DNA of 32,000 nt from Candidatus Saccharimonadota bacterium (GTDB taxonomy: Bacteria > Pseudomonadota > Alphaproteobacteria > CAJXXZ01 > 1604HC), in the NCBI RefSeq assembly GCF_008189405.1, contig NZ_CP043316.1:590258-622257 (forward strand), written 5' to 3'. Made by a program: the position numbers and the translations under genes. Of this stretch, positions 1-8,349 are shown piece after piece. A model generated the notes under the pieces. It was not told where the DNA came from and did no database searches. It saw nothing but the letters and a program-made list of their open reading frames with translations. How positions within the stretch are numbered: the stretch's first letter is position 1; every line of letters starts with the position of its first letter.

Positions 1-514
1 AATAAAGCACATCATAATTTCTTGATTTCTGCCTAATACTCTCTAAAAATGGCAATCCTTCCATATCACCTATAGTCCCACCAATCTCACAAATCAAGAA
101 ATCAGTATCTTCATCTATGTTAGCTGTAATCTTCTCTGAAATCATGGATGTAATATGTGGGATAATCTGTACTGTTTCCCCTAAATAGTCACCTTTTCTT
201 TCAGCATTAATAACTTCTAGAAAAATCTGACCAGACGTAATGTAGTCGTCTTTTGTACACTTAATCCCTACGAAACGCTCGTAATTTCCTATATCCATAT
301 CAGTTTCTGTACCATCTTCTGTGACAAAAACTTCCCCATGTTGATCAGGGCTTAGAGTTCCAGCATCAACATTTAGGTATGGCTCTAATTTCCTCATTCG
401 AACTTTGAATCCACGTTTTCTAAGCAATAAAGCAACCATAGAAGCAGTCACACCTTTTCCAAGTGATGACATAACTCCCCCGGTTACAAATATAATTTTC
501 AATTTCGACTTCAT
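1..514 (-). CDS. pyrG: CTP synthase, N-terminal part (gene continues past the left edge of the window)
   Basis: Reverse translation from the ATG at 514-512 reads [81 protein letters not shown]..., the canonical CTP synthase N-terminus. The + strand ORF 405..908 is its antisense shadow. Confidence 0.9.
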   Translation of the reverse strand, partial: MKSKLKIIFVTGGVMSSLGKGVTASMVALLLRKRGFKVRMRKLEPYLNVDAGTLSPDQHGEVFVTEDGTETDMDIGNYERFVGIKCTKDDYITSGQIFLEVINAERKGDYLGETVQIIPHITSMISEKITANIDEDTDFLICEIGGTIGDMEGLPFLESIRQKSRNYDVLY

Positions 515-523
515 AATACAATC

Positions 524-1009
524 CTATTTTTCTTTATTAATACTTTCAGAATTATTTTTACTTGATTCACTATATTGCTTCTGTTCTGATTTGTTTTCTT
601 TTGTATTTTCTATAATATCACTATTTTTTCCTATAGTATTACTATTGCTTTTTATTTCACTAATAGAAGCTTTATCAATGTCTCCAGAAGAAGTATTATC
701 TATATGCTCAATATTACTATCAGCAATATCATTAGTATTATTAGCACTATTTTCAGAAATACTTTCAGAACTAAATTCTTTATTTAATGCAATTTTCTCT
801 TTTTTGATCATAATTCCAATTATTAAACATAAAGATATAAATATAACATATAAAGTATATGTTGATTTTGTCAAAAATGTAGACATTGCCCTAGGAGTCA
901 TAAATTGAGACTGGCTCATACTTACAGAATCTTCACCTTTTTGCAAAAATATTAAAATGGATAGGCTCAATACTACTACCAAGTAAATGGACCAAATAAA
1001 ACTTAACAT
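524..1009 (-). CDS. secG: preprotein translocase subunit SecG with a long Ser/Asn-rich C-terminal tail
   Basis: The first ~75 aa show two hydrophobic helices flanking LIFLQKGEDSVSMS...FLTKSTYTLYVIFISLCLIIG, matching the SecG pattern (LLQ.GKG...F.TR.T..L...F). It lies directly upstream of pyrG, a common secG-pyrG arrangement. ATG start at 1009. Confidence 0.7.
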   Translation of the reverse strand: MLSFIWSIYLVVVLSLSILIFLQKGEDSVSMSQSQFMTPRAMSTFLTKSTYTLYVIFISLCLIIGIMIKKEKIALNKEFSSESISENSANNTNDIADSNIEHIDNTSSGDIDKASISEIKSNSNTIGKNSDIIENTKENKSEQKQYSESSKNNSESINKEK

Positions 1010-1097
1010 TCCTACATTTTACAGAAAATTCAAAACCTTAGCAATTGAATAATATGAATTCATAATCATTATTACAAACTGAGGTAACCATCATTAT

Positions 1098-2234
1098 TTA
1101 TTGAGATTTCCTGAATATTTCTAATTGTTTTATAAGATCAGAATATGGTGCTGGAGCATCTTGCTCTACGAACCACTCTTTAAGTTTGTCTAAGTATTTC
1201 TTCACACCAGGACCAGAAGGCAAATGCATGATATTCATTACATCATTTCCAGAAAAATGAAATAAATTCTTCTTCCATGGCTCCAAGAATTGTAAGTCAT
1301 CTAATGCGCCTTTTAAAATAAATCCATCATTCCATAAATCACTTGGAACTTCATTAATCCACTTAATGTAATCAGATTTCTCTTTCATTACATTTACATT
1401 TCTAAGTAATTTGATATTTTTTTTCTGCAAATTTGACAGCTTTACATTCTCAATACTACCATCAAAAGAAGCAAATTTCGCTAGAGCTGAAGACTTTAAA
1501 TTCATTGCTTTTTCTTTTACAATAATATTTTCTAACACATCAAAATTTGGTTTTGGGAAATCACAATGTTCCCAAATATTAATATCATCCATTAATCTAA
1601 GAGTAGAAATAAAATTACACGCATCTAATAACTTCATCATTTCATTAATACATCTTTCTCGTGCAATCTTTTGCAAATTCTGCACATATTTCTTACATGC
1701 ATGCAATGATTCAAAGTCATAATTCTTACCATAATGAGCCAGAAAACGGAAAAATCTAAGAATACGCAAATAATCTTCTTGGATTCTTAAATCTGGATCT
1801 CCAATAAATCTAATCATCCCTTTTTTTATATCATCCAGACCACCAACGAAATCATAAATTTTGCCATTGATATCTGCATATAGCGCATTGATTGTTAGAT
1901 CACGCCTTTTAGCATCTTCTTCCCATGATTTGGAAAATTCTACTTGAGCATGGCGTCCATCTGTATCAATGTCTACACGTAAAGTTGTGACTTCAAAAAC
2001 ATCACCATCCATCACACATGTAACAGTCCCATGCTGTAATCCTGTTGGAATGACTTTAAATCCTGCTTTTTTTGCTAATCTCATTACTTCTTCAGGCAAT
2101 AACGGGGTTGCTAAATCTACTTCATCATTTAAACCTTTGCCAATCATTGAATTACGAACACAACCTCCAACAGCCATACACGGATCCAATACTTTCATCA
2201 GTTTCTGTAAATTACTATTTTGGAGCCAATCCAT
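1098..2234 (-). CDS. cca: CCA-adding tRNA nucleotidyltransferase (poly(A) polymerase/CCA family)
   Basis: Motifs present: AVGGCVRN, DVDLAT, RRDLTINALY, RILRFFRF. The ORF is open up to 2432, but that would overlap tatD. The ATG at 2234 (MDWLQ...) is preceded by GGGAGAAAAGG and gives the usual ~20 residues before the GGxVRD motif. An alternative ATG lies at 2339. Confidence 0.8.
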   Translation of the reverse strand: MDWLQNSNLQKLMKVLDPCMAVGGCVRNSMIGKGLNDEVDLATPLLPEEVMRLAKKAGFKVIPTGLQHGTVTCVMDGDVFEVTTLRVDIDTDGRHAQVEFSKSWEEDAKRRDLTINALYADINGKIYDFVGGLDDIKKGMIRFIGDPDLRIQEDYLRILRFFRFLAHYGKNYDFESLHACKKYVQNLQKIARERCINEMMKLLDACNFISTLRLMDDINIWEHCDFPKPNFDVLENIIVKEKAMNLKSSALAKFASFDGSIENVKLSNLQKKNIKLLRNVNVMKEKSDYIKWINEVPSDLWNDGFILKGALDDLQFLEPWKKNLFHFSGNDVMNIMHLPSGPGVKKYLDKLKEWFVEQDAPAPYSDLIKQLEIFRKSQ

Positions 2235-2316
2235 CAAATTACCTTTTCTCCCATTGCCTTTGCTATCATCATTTTTGCTATTACTGCTTCTCCTATCATT
2301 ACTTTTTCCATTAAAT

Positions 2317-3090
2317 TCATATTTTTCTATCCAATGCATTAATTCGCATGAAATTGTAAAAGTTAGTAGTGGTAATATTTGCGAATTCATTTTCATCAAT
2401 ACCTTTAAGCTCGGCAATATATTTACCAACATGTGAAACGTATGCTGGTTCGTTTGATTTACCTCTATATGGAGCAGGGGCTAGGTATGGAGAATCAGTT
2501 TCAATAAGGATTCGATCTAATGGTACAAATCTTGCTACTTCTCTAACATGCTCTGCATTTTTAAATGTAATAATGCCTGAAAAAGAAATCATCCAACCTA
2601 AATCTAAAATATTCTTCGCAAATTCCAATGTTCCTGTATAACAGTGTCCAATTCCCCTTACATTATATTTTCTTAGCAAATCTAATGTTAAATCTTCTGC
2701 CTCTCTCATATGTAAAACCAAAGGTAAATCATGTTTTTCTGCATGAACAAGTTGCACTTCAAAGCCTGGAATCTGCTTATTAATATCACTACCTTTAAAG
2801 CTATCCAATCCAGCTTCACCAATTGCAATAATATTTTTCTTACCAATCCATTTAGTTAAATAATTATCAATTTCATTAACCTGGCCAATTTTATCATCTA
2901 ATGGATGCACGCCAACAGAAAACCATATATTATCTCGTAAATATGCATATGATTTATCTAATGTATTCGTTGTAGTGCTAATGCTCATTGCTCCAATAAC
3001 ATCATGATTTTTCATGTTTGACATTACTTTCTCTATATCTTTACTCATAGGCTCGTAATCTAAATGGCAATGGCTATCTATCCAGTTCAT
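2317..3090 (-). CDS. tatD: TatD-family metal-dependent hydrolase/DNase
   Basis: N-terminal IDSHCHLD, plus the later EAGLD, H(C/A)(Y/F) and ETDSPYL motifs typical of TatD/YcfH hydrolases. Length is 257 aa. Confidence 0.85.
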   Translation of the reverse strand: MNWIDSHCHLDYEPMSKDIEKVMSNMKNHDVIGAMSISTTTNTLDKSYAYLRDNIWFSVGVHPLDDKIGQVNEIDNYLTKWIGKKNIIAIGEAGLDSFKGSDINKQIPGFEVQLVHAEKHDLPLVLHMREAEDLTLDLLRKYNVRGIGHCYTGTLEFAKNILDLGWMISFSGIITFKNAEHVREVARFVPLDRILIETDSPYLAPAPYRGKSNEPAYVSHVGKYIAELKGIDENEFANITTTNFYNFMRINALDRKI

Positions 3091-3249
3091 TGATCAAATT
3101 GTAACGTTACCATACAATTCCATCAATAGAATACAGAGATTTACATTTTCTTTTGCATTTATTTTTATATTGCTTAAAATTGTAAACTATACTTCTTTTC
3201 ACCTTAGCAACCTTGTGTTTATTTATAATACAAGTGTAAAATTAGTTAT

Positions 3250-3321
3250 GGCCGAGTGGCAGAATGGTTTATGCAGAGGATTGCAAATCCTTTTATGTCG
3301 GTTCGATTCCGGTCTCGGCCT
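3250..3321 (+). tRNA. tRNA-Cys (anticodon GCA)
   Basis: Hand-folded cloverleaf. Acceptor ggccgag/ctcggcc. D arm gcag-aatggttt-atgc. Anticodon stem gagga/tcctt with loop ttGCAaa. A 4-nt variable loop. T arm gtcgg-ttcgatt-ccggt. Discriminator U, as expected for tRNA-Cys. CCA is not encoded. Confidence 0.9.
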
Positions 3322-3398
3322 TACCTAATCTTATAGCAAACGCTATAGTTAGCTTCACCTTATAGCGGATACTGTGGTTATATATTAGAATATAGTAG

Positions 3399-4088
3399 AT
3401 GAAAAAGGTTTATGTATATTCTTTAATATTAAATATAGCATTGCTAATCATAATGTTAAATGAATGTATAAAATGCTCTAATGCTAGTTTTAATGTAGAA
3501 AAACAGCATGCATTATTGAAAAAGAATAAACAAGACCAAACATATATACTACAAACCCAACCACAATGGCAAAAGCATGCCGCAATAGACCCAAAATTAA
3601 TTTATGCGTGGTTCTTCGAAAGAAATATTAATCTCTCAGTATTAAGTGAAAATACAAATAGTGAATATAAAACATATAATATTAAGTTAGAATGCTATGC
3701 ACAAAACCAAAACACAACAATAGAAATTCTGAAAAACCTACCATTTGGTAATTTTTTATTTTATGAGATTAATGCAAAAGGTAAGAAAATCACAATCACA
3801 GGGTCTATCACTTTTAGCAATATGCTTCCTCCACAAAAATTGCAACTAAATAATAATATTGATGATATTGTATTAAAGTTACAAGGAATTATCAAAACGC
3901 AAAATAATTGGCAAATTTGTCTAAATGGCATTTGGATAAGCAAGCATGACAAAATTCCATGGAGTATTAAGATAATAGATGTTCAATACAATCAAATCAA
4001 AATAATATGGAATTCATTTGGAAAAGAAAAAATGAATATAGTCCAATTAGGGCATGAAATTAAATTAGAGCATGATTGTAAATTCTAG
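3399..4088 (+). CDS. hypothetical membrane-anchored/exported protein (possible PilO/PilP-like two-domain protein)
   Basis: 229-aa ORF with an ATG start and an N-terminal hydrophobic segment (VYSLILNIALLIIML). No family is recognised with certainty; see findings for the weak PilO/PilP-like pattern. Confidence 0.6.
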   Translation: MKKVYVYSLILNIALLIIMLNECIKCSNASFNVEKQHALLKKNKQDQTYILQTQPQWQKHAAIDPKLIYAWFFERNINLSVLSENTNSEYKTYNIKLECYAQNQNTTIEILKNLPFGNFLFYEINAKGKKITITGSITFSNMLPPQKLQLNNNIDDIVLKLQGIIKTQNNWQICLNGIWISKHDKIPWSIKIIDVQYNQIKIIWNSFGKEKMNIVQLGHEIKLEHDCKF

Positions 4089-4107
4089 TTTGGTACATTC
4101 TCATAAT

Positions 4108-4248
4108 ATGATTGATTTTCTAATGCTGCAGATGTGCACGCTACTTAATCAATTATTTTACCAACTTATCAATCAGTTGATCAGTACATTATTTGAGCTA
4201 ACCACTAAAACTGCACTAACCATAACCTGCATCAACGTGGAAATATAA
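4108..4248 (+). CDS. candidate 46-codon small ORF in the spacer upstream of priA
   Basis: The frame is open from 4090 (TTG) or 4108 (ATG) to the TAA at 4246-4248, 4 nt before the priA ATG. Peptide: MIDFLMLQMCTLLNQLFYQLINQLISTLFELTTKTALTITCINVEI. No clear Shine-Dalgarno sequence. It falls below the ORF-track length cutoff. Confidence 0.15.
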   Translation: MIDFLMLQMCTLLNQLFYQLINQLISTLFELTTKTALTITCINVEI

Positions 4249-4252
4249 ATAT

Positions 4253-6277
4253 ATGCCAAATGTGTCACTTAAATTTGATGTGCTACTTCCATATTCATGG
4301 ACAAATGATGAACTATATACTTACAAATCAAATAAGCAAATAGAACCAGGAACACTTGTAAGCATTCCTATACAAAACAGAGAAATAATTGGATTGGTAA
4401 TACGAAGATCAAGTGACAATAATTGTGTGAAAAATCTTAAAGAAGTAAAAGAAGTTCTAAATTATCACTTAAATGCAAAAACTATAAAATGGATGAATAT
4501 TGCAAGTAAGTACACATTAATACCTATGCACCAAATATTAAAAATGATTCTTGTTTCATATAAAAATAATAAGCCTGGGTATTTTGAAACAAACATAATT
4601 ATAAATAATTTAGAGCCTGGCAAATATCCTTTAGAAATGCTTAAAACTAATTGGATAAAACTAAAAAAAATGATTAAGGAAGGAGAAATATCTGAAACTA
4701 AATTTCCAACTTCTTCAATCCCAATAGATGCAGATTTCTTTTCAGATGATCAAATATATGCAATTAATCAAATTAATCATATGGCAAATCAACATCATAT
4801 TATCACATTACAAGGATCAACAGGGTCTGGAAAAACAAATGTATATTTTGAAGCAATTGCCAAAGCTTTAGAGCAAAAAAAGCAAGTTCTTGTTCTTGTT
4901 CCTGAAATTTCATTAACATCTCAATTAATTGAGCGATTTCATGATCGTTTCAAAGTATACCCATATAGGTGGTATAATTCATGCAAACAACCAATATGGG
5001 ATTGGGCATCAAAAGAAGAGTCAGGTGTTTTAATTGGAGTACGTTCAGCATTATGGGCTCCATTTAATAATCTAGGATTAATTATTGTAGATGAGGAGCA
5101 TTCTACAACCTACAAACAAGAAAATGGACCACGGTACAATGCGAAAGATATAGCAATACTAAAAGCAAAGTCTGAAAATATTCCAATCATTCTTGTATCT
5201 GCCACTCCTTCATTAGAAACACTACATAATATACAAACAAGCAATTATAAACATATTCAATTAACTAGAACTATTCCACATAAGCTCAATATCCAACTAG
5301 TCAAAACAAAAACATGGATGTCTACAGAATTACAAAAGCATATCCAAATTACTTTAAATAAAAAAGAGCAAGTGATGTTATTCTTGAACCGTAAAGGCTT
5401 TTCAACGCATATATATTGCAGTACTTGCTCAAACAGACTGCTATGCAAAGCATGTACTGCTGGATTAATTTTCCATAAAAGCAACCATACACATTGTAGC
5501 TATTGCGCACAGAAAAGTGATTTACCTAGCGCTTGCCCTGAATGTAAAGCAGAAGATTCATGGAAATTTTATGGGCTTGGGATTGAAAAAATACATGAAA
5601 ATATACAAAAGCTATTTCCAAATAATATTGTATCTATTCTGAGTAGTGATACAACCGAAGTAATAGATGAAACAATGCACAAAATGGAAAATAGTGAGAT
5701 TGATATTTTAATCGGAACGCAAATATTAGCTCAAGGATGCCATTTCCCAAATCTAACATTGGTTGGGATAGTGCAGGGAGATATTGGAATTCATTCGGGG
5801 GACATTAGAAATACAGAGAGAATGTACCAATTAATTTCACAGGTAAAAGGGAGATGTGGGCGAGCGGATAAACCTGGCACTGTAATAATTCAAACTAGTG
5901 ATGATTCTCACCCGCTTTTACATGCAATAGCCCATGAGAATGTAGATCATTGGCTTGAGCAAGAATTACAAATTAGAAAACAGCATAATCTCCCTCCATT
6001 TAGCAGAATTATTCGTATCATTATAAGTTCAAAATCTGCTGCATTAACTGAAAAAATTGCTCTCAGTATTCACAAACCTAAAATTCCAGGAATTGAAATA
6101 ATGGGACCTGCACCTGCACAGTTATACAAGTATAATAATGATTATCGATGGTCATTTTTAATACAATATAATAAAAAGTCATTCCCACAGCTACAAATAA
6201 GCAAGTGGATTCAATCTATGAAATTACCAAAAAATATTAAGCTTACTATTGATGTAGATCCTCAAAGTTTCTTTTAA
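4253..6277 (+). CDS. priA: primosomal protein N' (replication restart helicase PriA)
   Basis: Walker A GSTGSGKT and DEEH box are present. Four CxxC pairs (CSTCSNRLLCKAC...CSYC...CPEC) form the PriA zinc-binding insertion. Length is 674 aa. Confidence 0.92.
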   Translation: MPNVSLKFDVLLPYSWTNDELYTYKSNKQIEPGTLVSIPIQNREIIGLVIRRSSDNNCVKNLKEVKEVLNYHLNAKTIKWMNIASKYTLIPMHQILKMILVSYKNNKPGYFETNIIINNLEPGKYPLEMLKTNWIKLKKMIKEGEISETKFPTSSIPIDADFFSDDQIYAINQINHMANQHHIITLQGSTGSGKTNVYFEAIAKALEQKKQVLVLVPEISLTSQLIERFHDRFKVYPYRWYNSCKQPIWDWASKEESGVLIGVRSALWAPFNNLGLIIVDEEHSTTYKQENGPRYNAKDIAILKAKSENIPIILVSATPSLETLHNIQTSNYKHIQLTRTIPHKLNIQLVKTKTWMSTELQKHIQITLNKKEQVMLFLNRKGFSTHIYCSTCSNRLLCKACTAGLIFHKSNHTHCSYCAQKSDLPSACPECKAEDSWKFYGLGIEKIHENIQKLFPNNIVSILSSDTTEVIDETMHKMENSEIDILIGTQILAQGCHFPNLTLVGIVQGDIGIHSGDIRNTERMYQLISQVKGRCGRADKPGTVIIQTSDDSHPLLHAIAHENVDHWLEQELQIRKQHNLPPFSRIIRIIISSKSAALTEKIALSIHKPKIPGIEIMGPAPAQLYKYNNDYRWSFLIQYNKKSFPQLQISKWIQSMKLPKNIKLTIDVDPQSFF

Positions 6278-6351
6278 ATTACTTAAGGTTTCTTTTAAGT
6301 TATTTAGAACCTAGTGTTGTTAACGTTCTATATATACACTATAATGTGTAT

Positions 6352-7119
6352 ATGAATAGGATAGTAATTATATCTACATTAATAGCAGTGATGCAAATTT
6401 CTTCCATGAATCAAAGTATGATAGAAGAATATACAGTGTTTCACAATGCTATGCAAGCTGTATGTGAATCTGCTACAAGATTAAAGGTACAAGAAAAAGA
6501 ATTACATGCAAAGTTAGATACATCACAAAGCAAAGAAGAGGAAATGCAGTTATTGCGCGATGAAAATGAGCAGTTGAAAGCAACAATCAATCAATTACAG
6601 CAGAGTGATACTGATAGCAAATCTAAAGAAAATGTAAAAGAAGCAAAAGAACTACGCGCCGCATTATCTCAATGGAAAACAAAAACAAAAGCAGCAAATA
6701 AGAATCTAAATGAAGAGCAAATAACATCTAAAACCTTAAGGGATCATTTATCAAAAATAAACAAAGACTTGCTTGGTTCACAAACTGCATTTAAAGATCT
6801 ACAAATCAAATTTAATAGTAATGATGTTGATTTACGTAACAAAAATAAAGAATTAGCAAATGAAAATAATAAATTAAAAGAACACGTTGCACAACTTCAA
6901 TCATCTTTCAATGAGAACCATGAACTCATAGATACATTAGAAAGGCAAACACAAATGCAACACGATGCATTTAATAGTTTAAAAAAACAAGAGGAAGAAT
7001 TAAGAGACAGATTTAGAAAGTTATACCATGATAACAAAATAGCACAATCAGAAAAAGCAGAATTACAAAGCATAATTGAGAAATTGCAGGACACAAATAA
7101 AGAAGAGACTGATAAGTAA
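6352..7119 (+). CDS. hypothetical N-terminally anchored/exported coiled-coil protein
   Basis: The ORF has a hydrophobic N-terminus (IVIISTLIAVMQISS). About 230 aa of charged, heptad-like sequence rich in E/K/Q/L follow. The track start at 6346 is a GTG; the first ATG is at 6352. Confidence 0.6.
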   Translation: MNRIVIISTLIAVMQISSMNQSMIEEYTVFHNAMQAVCESATRLKVQEKELHAKLDTSQSKEEEMQLLRDENEQLKATINQLQQSDTDSKSKENVKEAKELRAALSQWKTKTKAANKNLNEEQITSKTLRDHLSKINKDLLGSQTAFKDLQIKFNSNDVDLRNKNKELANENNKLKEHVAQLQSSFNENHELIDTLERQTQMQHDAFNSLKKQEEELRDRFRKLYHDNKIAQSEKAELQSIIEKLQDTNKEETDK

Positions 7120-7397
7120 TTAATGCATATGTAATATATATAAGATCATATGAAAAACGAATCTAAAATCACATGAAGCATAACTTAAATTAGTTCTACT
7201 TAATTAAGAGACCTAACTATTGATTATAAAATCACACAACTTATTAACTGAATTATATTTACTTAATATGTTAAAACCATTACTACTCAGAACACAAACA
7301 CTACATCGCTATATATTATATATACTTATAACATATCGTCTTATATAGCATTTATTATATTATGAATTCACTAAATATAAACTTTATTAATTATAAA

Positions 7398-8129
7398 TTA
7401 TAACTTGCTTGATTTTTTATTTTTCTTCTTAGTGCTTACTGTAATATCCAATAGCATTTTATCTTTAACATATGTATAAAGCTCTTCATAAAGCTCTTCA
7501 GAATGATCAGAAAAATAATGATCAGACCCATTAATGCATTTGTAGTCAATAAATGCATTTTTCTGACATGATAATAGATCAGGCAATGATGAAACAAACT
7601 CTGCATCTACTGTATGGTCATGCTCTCCAACTATGAACATTCCATTAGGGCAAGGAGTTAACATGTTCAAGTTTTCACTTTCTTTAGGAGGACTGATTGC
7701 AATAAAACCATTAATGTTAGGTCTCCTCATTACAGTTTTCATGCAAACCAATCCACCAAAACCAAAACCTGCCACCCATACATTTGCTAAATTATCATGT
7801 TTATCTAATAGCCAATCTATTGCATCAAGGGCATCATCAACTTCTCCTACTCCTTTATCATATTCTCCTTGAGATCTACCAACACCTCTAAAGTTAATTC
7901 TTAACACATCAAAATCTAATTCTATAAATGCATTACCTATAACTTTTACAATTTTATTATTCATTGATCCGCCATGTATTGGATCTGGATGCAGTATAAG
8001 AACAACAGATTTATTATGGAAACTACTTACATCATGTTGATAATATTTCGCATCAATAGCTCCATGCTTTCTTTGGATCATAATATCAGAATATTTTTTA
8101 ACAGACTTCGAATCCTTATTAACAACCAT
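7398..8129 (-). CDS. alpha/beta-fold hydrolase (COG2945-like) with Gly at the nucleophile position
   Basis: Motifs present: LHPDPIHGGSMNNK, RINFRGVGRSQG, GEVDDA, and the nucleophile-elbow context VAGFGFGG. The track start at 8144 is a TTG. The ATG at 8129 is preceded by AAAGGTG. Confidence 0.75.
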   Translation of the reverse strand: MVVNKDSKSVKKYSDIMIQRKHGAIDAKYYQHDVSSFHNKSVVLILHPDPIHGGSMNNKIVKVIGNAFIELDFDVLRINFRGVGRSQGEYDKGVGEVDDALDAIDWLLDKHDNLANVWVAGFGFGGLVCMKTVMRRPNINGFIAISPPKESENLNMLTPCPNGMFIVGEHDHTVDAEFVSSLPDLLSCQKNAFIDYKCINGSDHYFSDHSEELYEELYTYVKDKMLLDITVSTKKKNKKSSKL

Positions 8130-8206
8130 AAACACCTTTAACAATTAGCATAACAAAATACACTCCCACATTTTAACAATTAATTCATACTCAATCAAGC
8201 TTTTGA

Positions 8207-8235
8207 TTGACATTTAAATAATAATTAAATATTCA
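8207..8235 (+). promoter_or_regulatory. candidate sigma70-type promoter for the isc operon (TTGACA-17 nt-TATTCA)
   Basis: TTGACA at 8207-8212, a 17-nt spacer, then TATTCA at 8230-8235, about 115 nt upstream of the iscS start. The -35 element is embedded in an inverted repeat at 8191-8210. This is pattern only in an AT-rich spacer. Confidence 0.25.
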
Positions 8236-8349
8236 AACTGTGCAGCCAATATATTTTTATATTGTGTAATATATTTTCTAAATGCACATGTGTACGCTTG
8301 CTGATTGAATAAAGTATATAATTTATGTAAAATTCTTATAGGAGAAATA

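Noticed and set aside
405-908. 167-aa + strand ORF from the track
   Set aside because: It lies entirely antisense to pyrG (1-514) and secG (524-1009), both of which have clear family motifs. Its hydrophobic low-complexity translation is typical of a shadow ORF.
2235-2432. Long N-terminal extension of the cca ORF (track start at 2432)
   Set aside because: It would overlap tatD by 116 nt and encodes low-complexity sequence absent from CCA-adding enzymes. The ATG at 2234, with a ribosome-binding site, gives a canonical N-terminus.
1411-2641. Several + strand ORFs (1411..1722, 1969..2436, 2072..2314, 2369..2641)
   Set aside because: All are antisense to the well-supported cca and tatD genes, with low-complexity Leu/Ser/Phe-rich translations.
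3091-3398. Possible integration hotspot or mobile element next to tRNA-Cys
   Set aside because: There is no integrase, no direct repeat of the tRNA 3' end, and no compositional break. The flanking genes are housekeeping.
7120-7397. 278-bp convergent spacer checked for small ORFs or a structured RNA
   Set aside because: The longest ORF is about 26 codons with no ribosome-binding site. There are no GC-rich helices. It is probably just terminator or spacer DNA.
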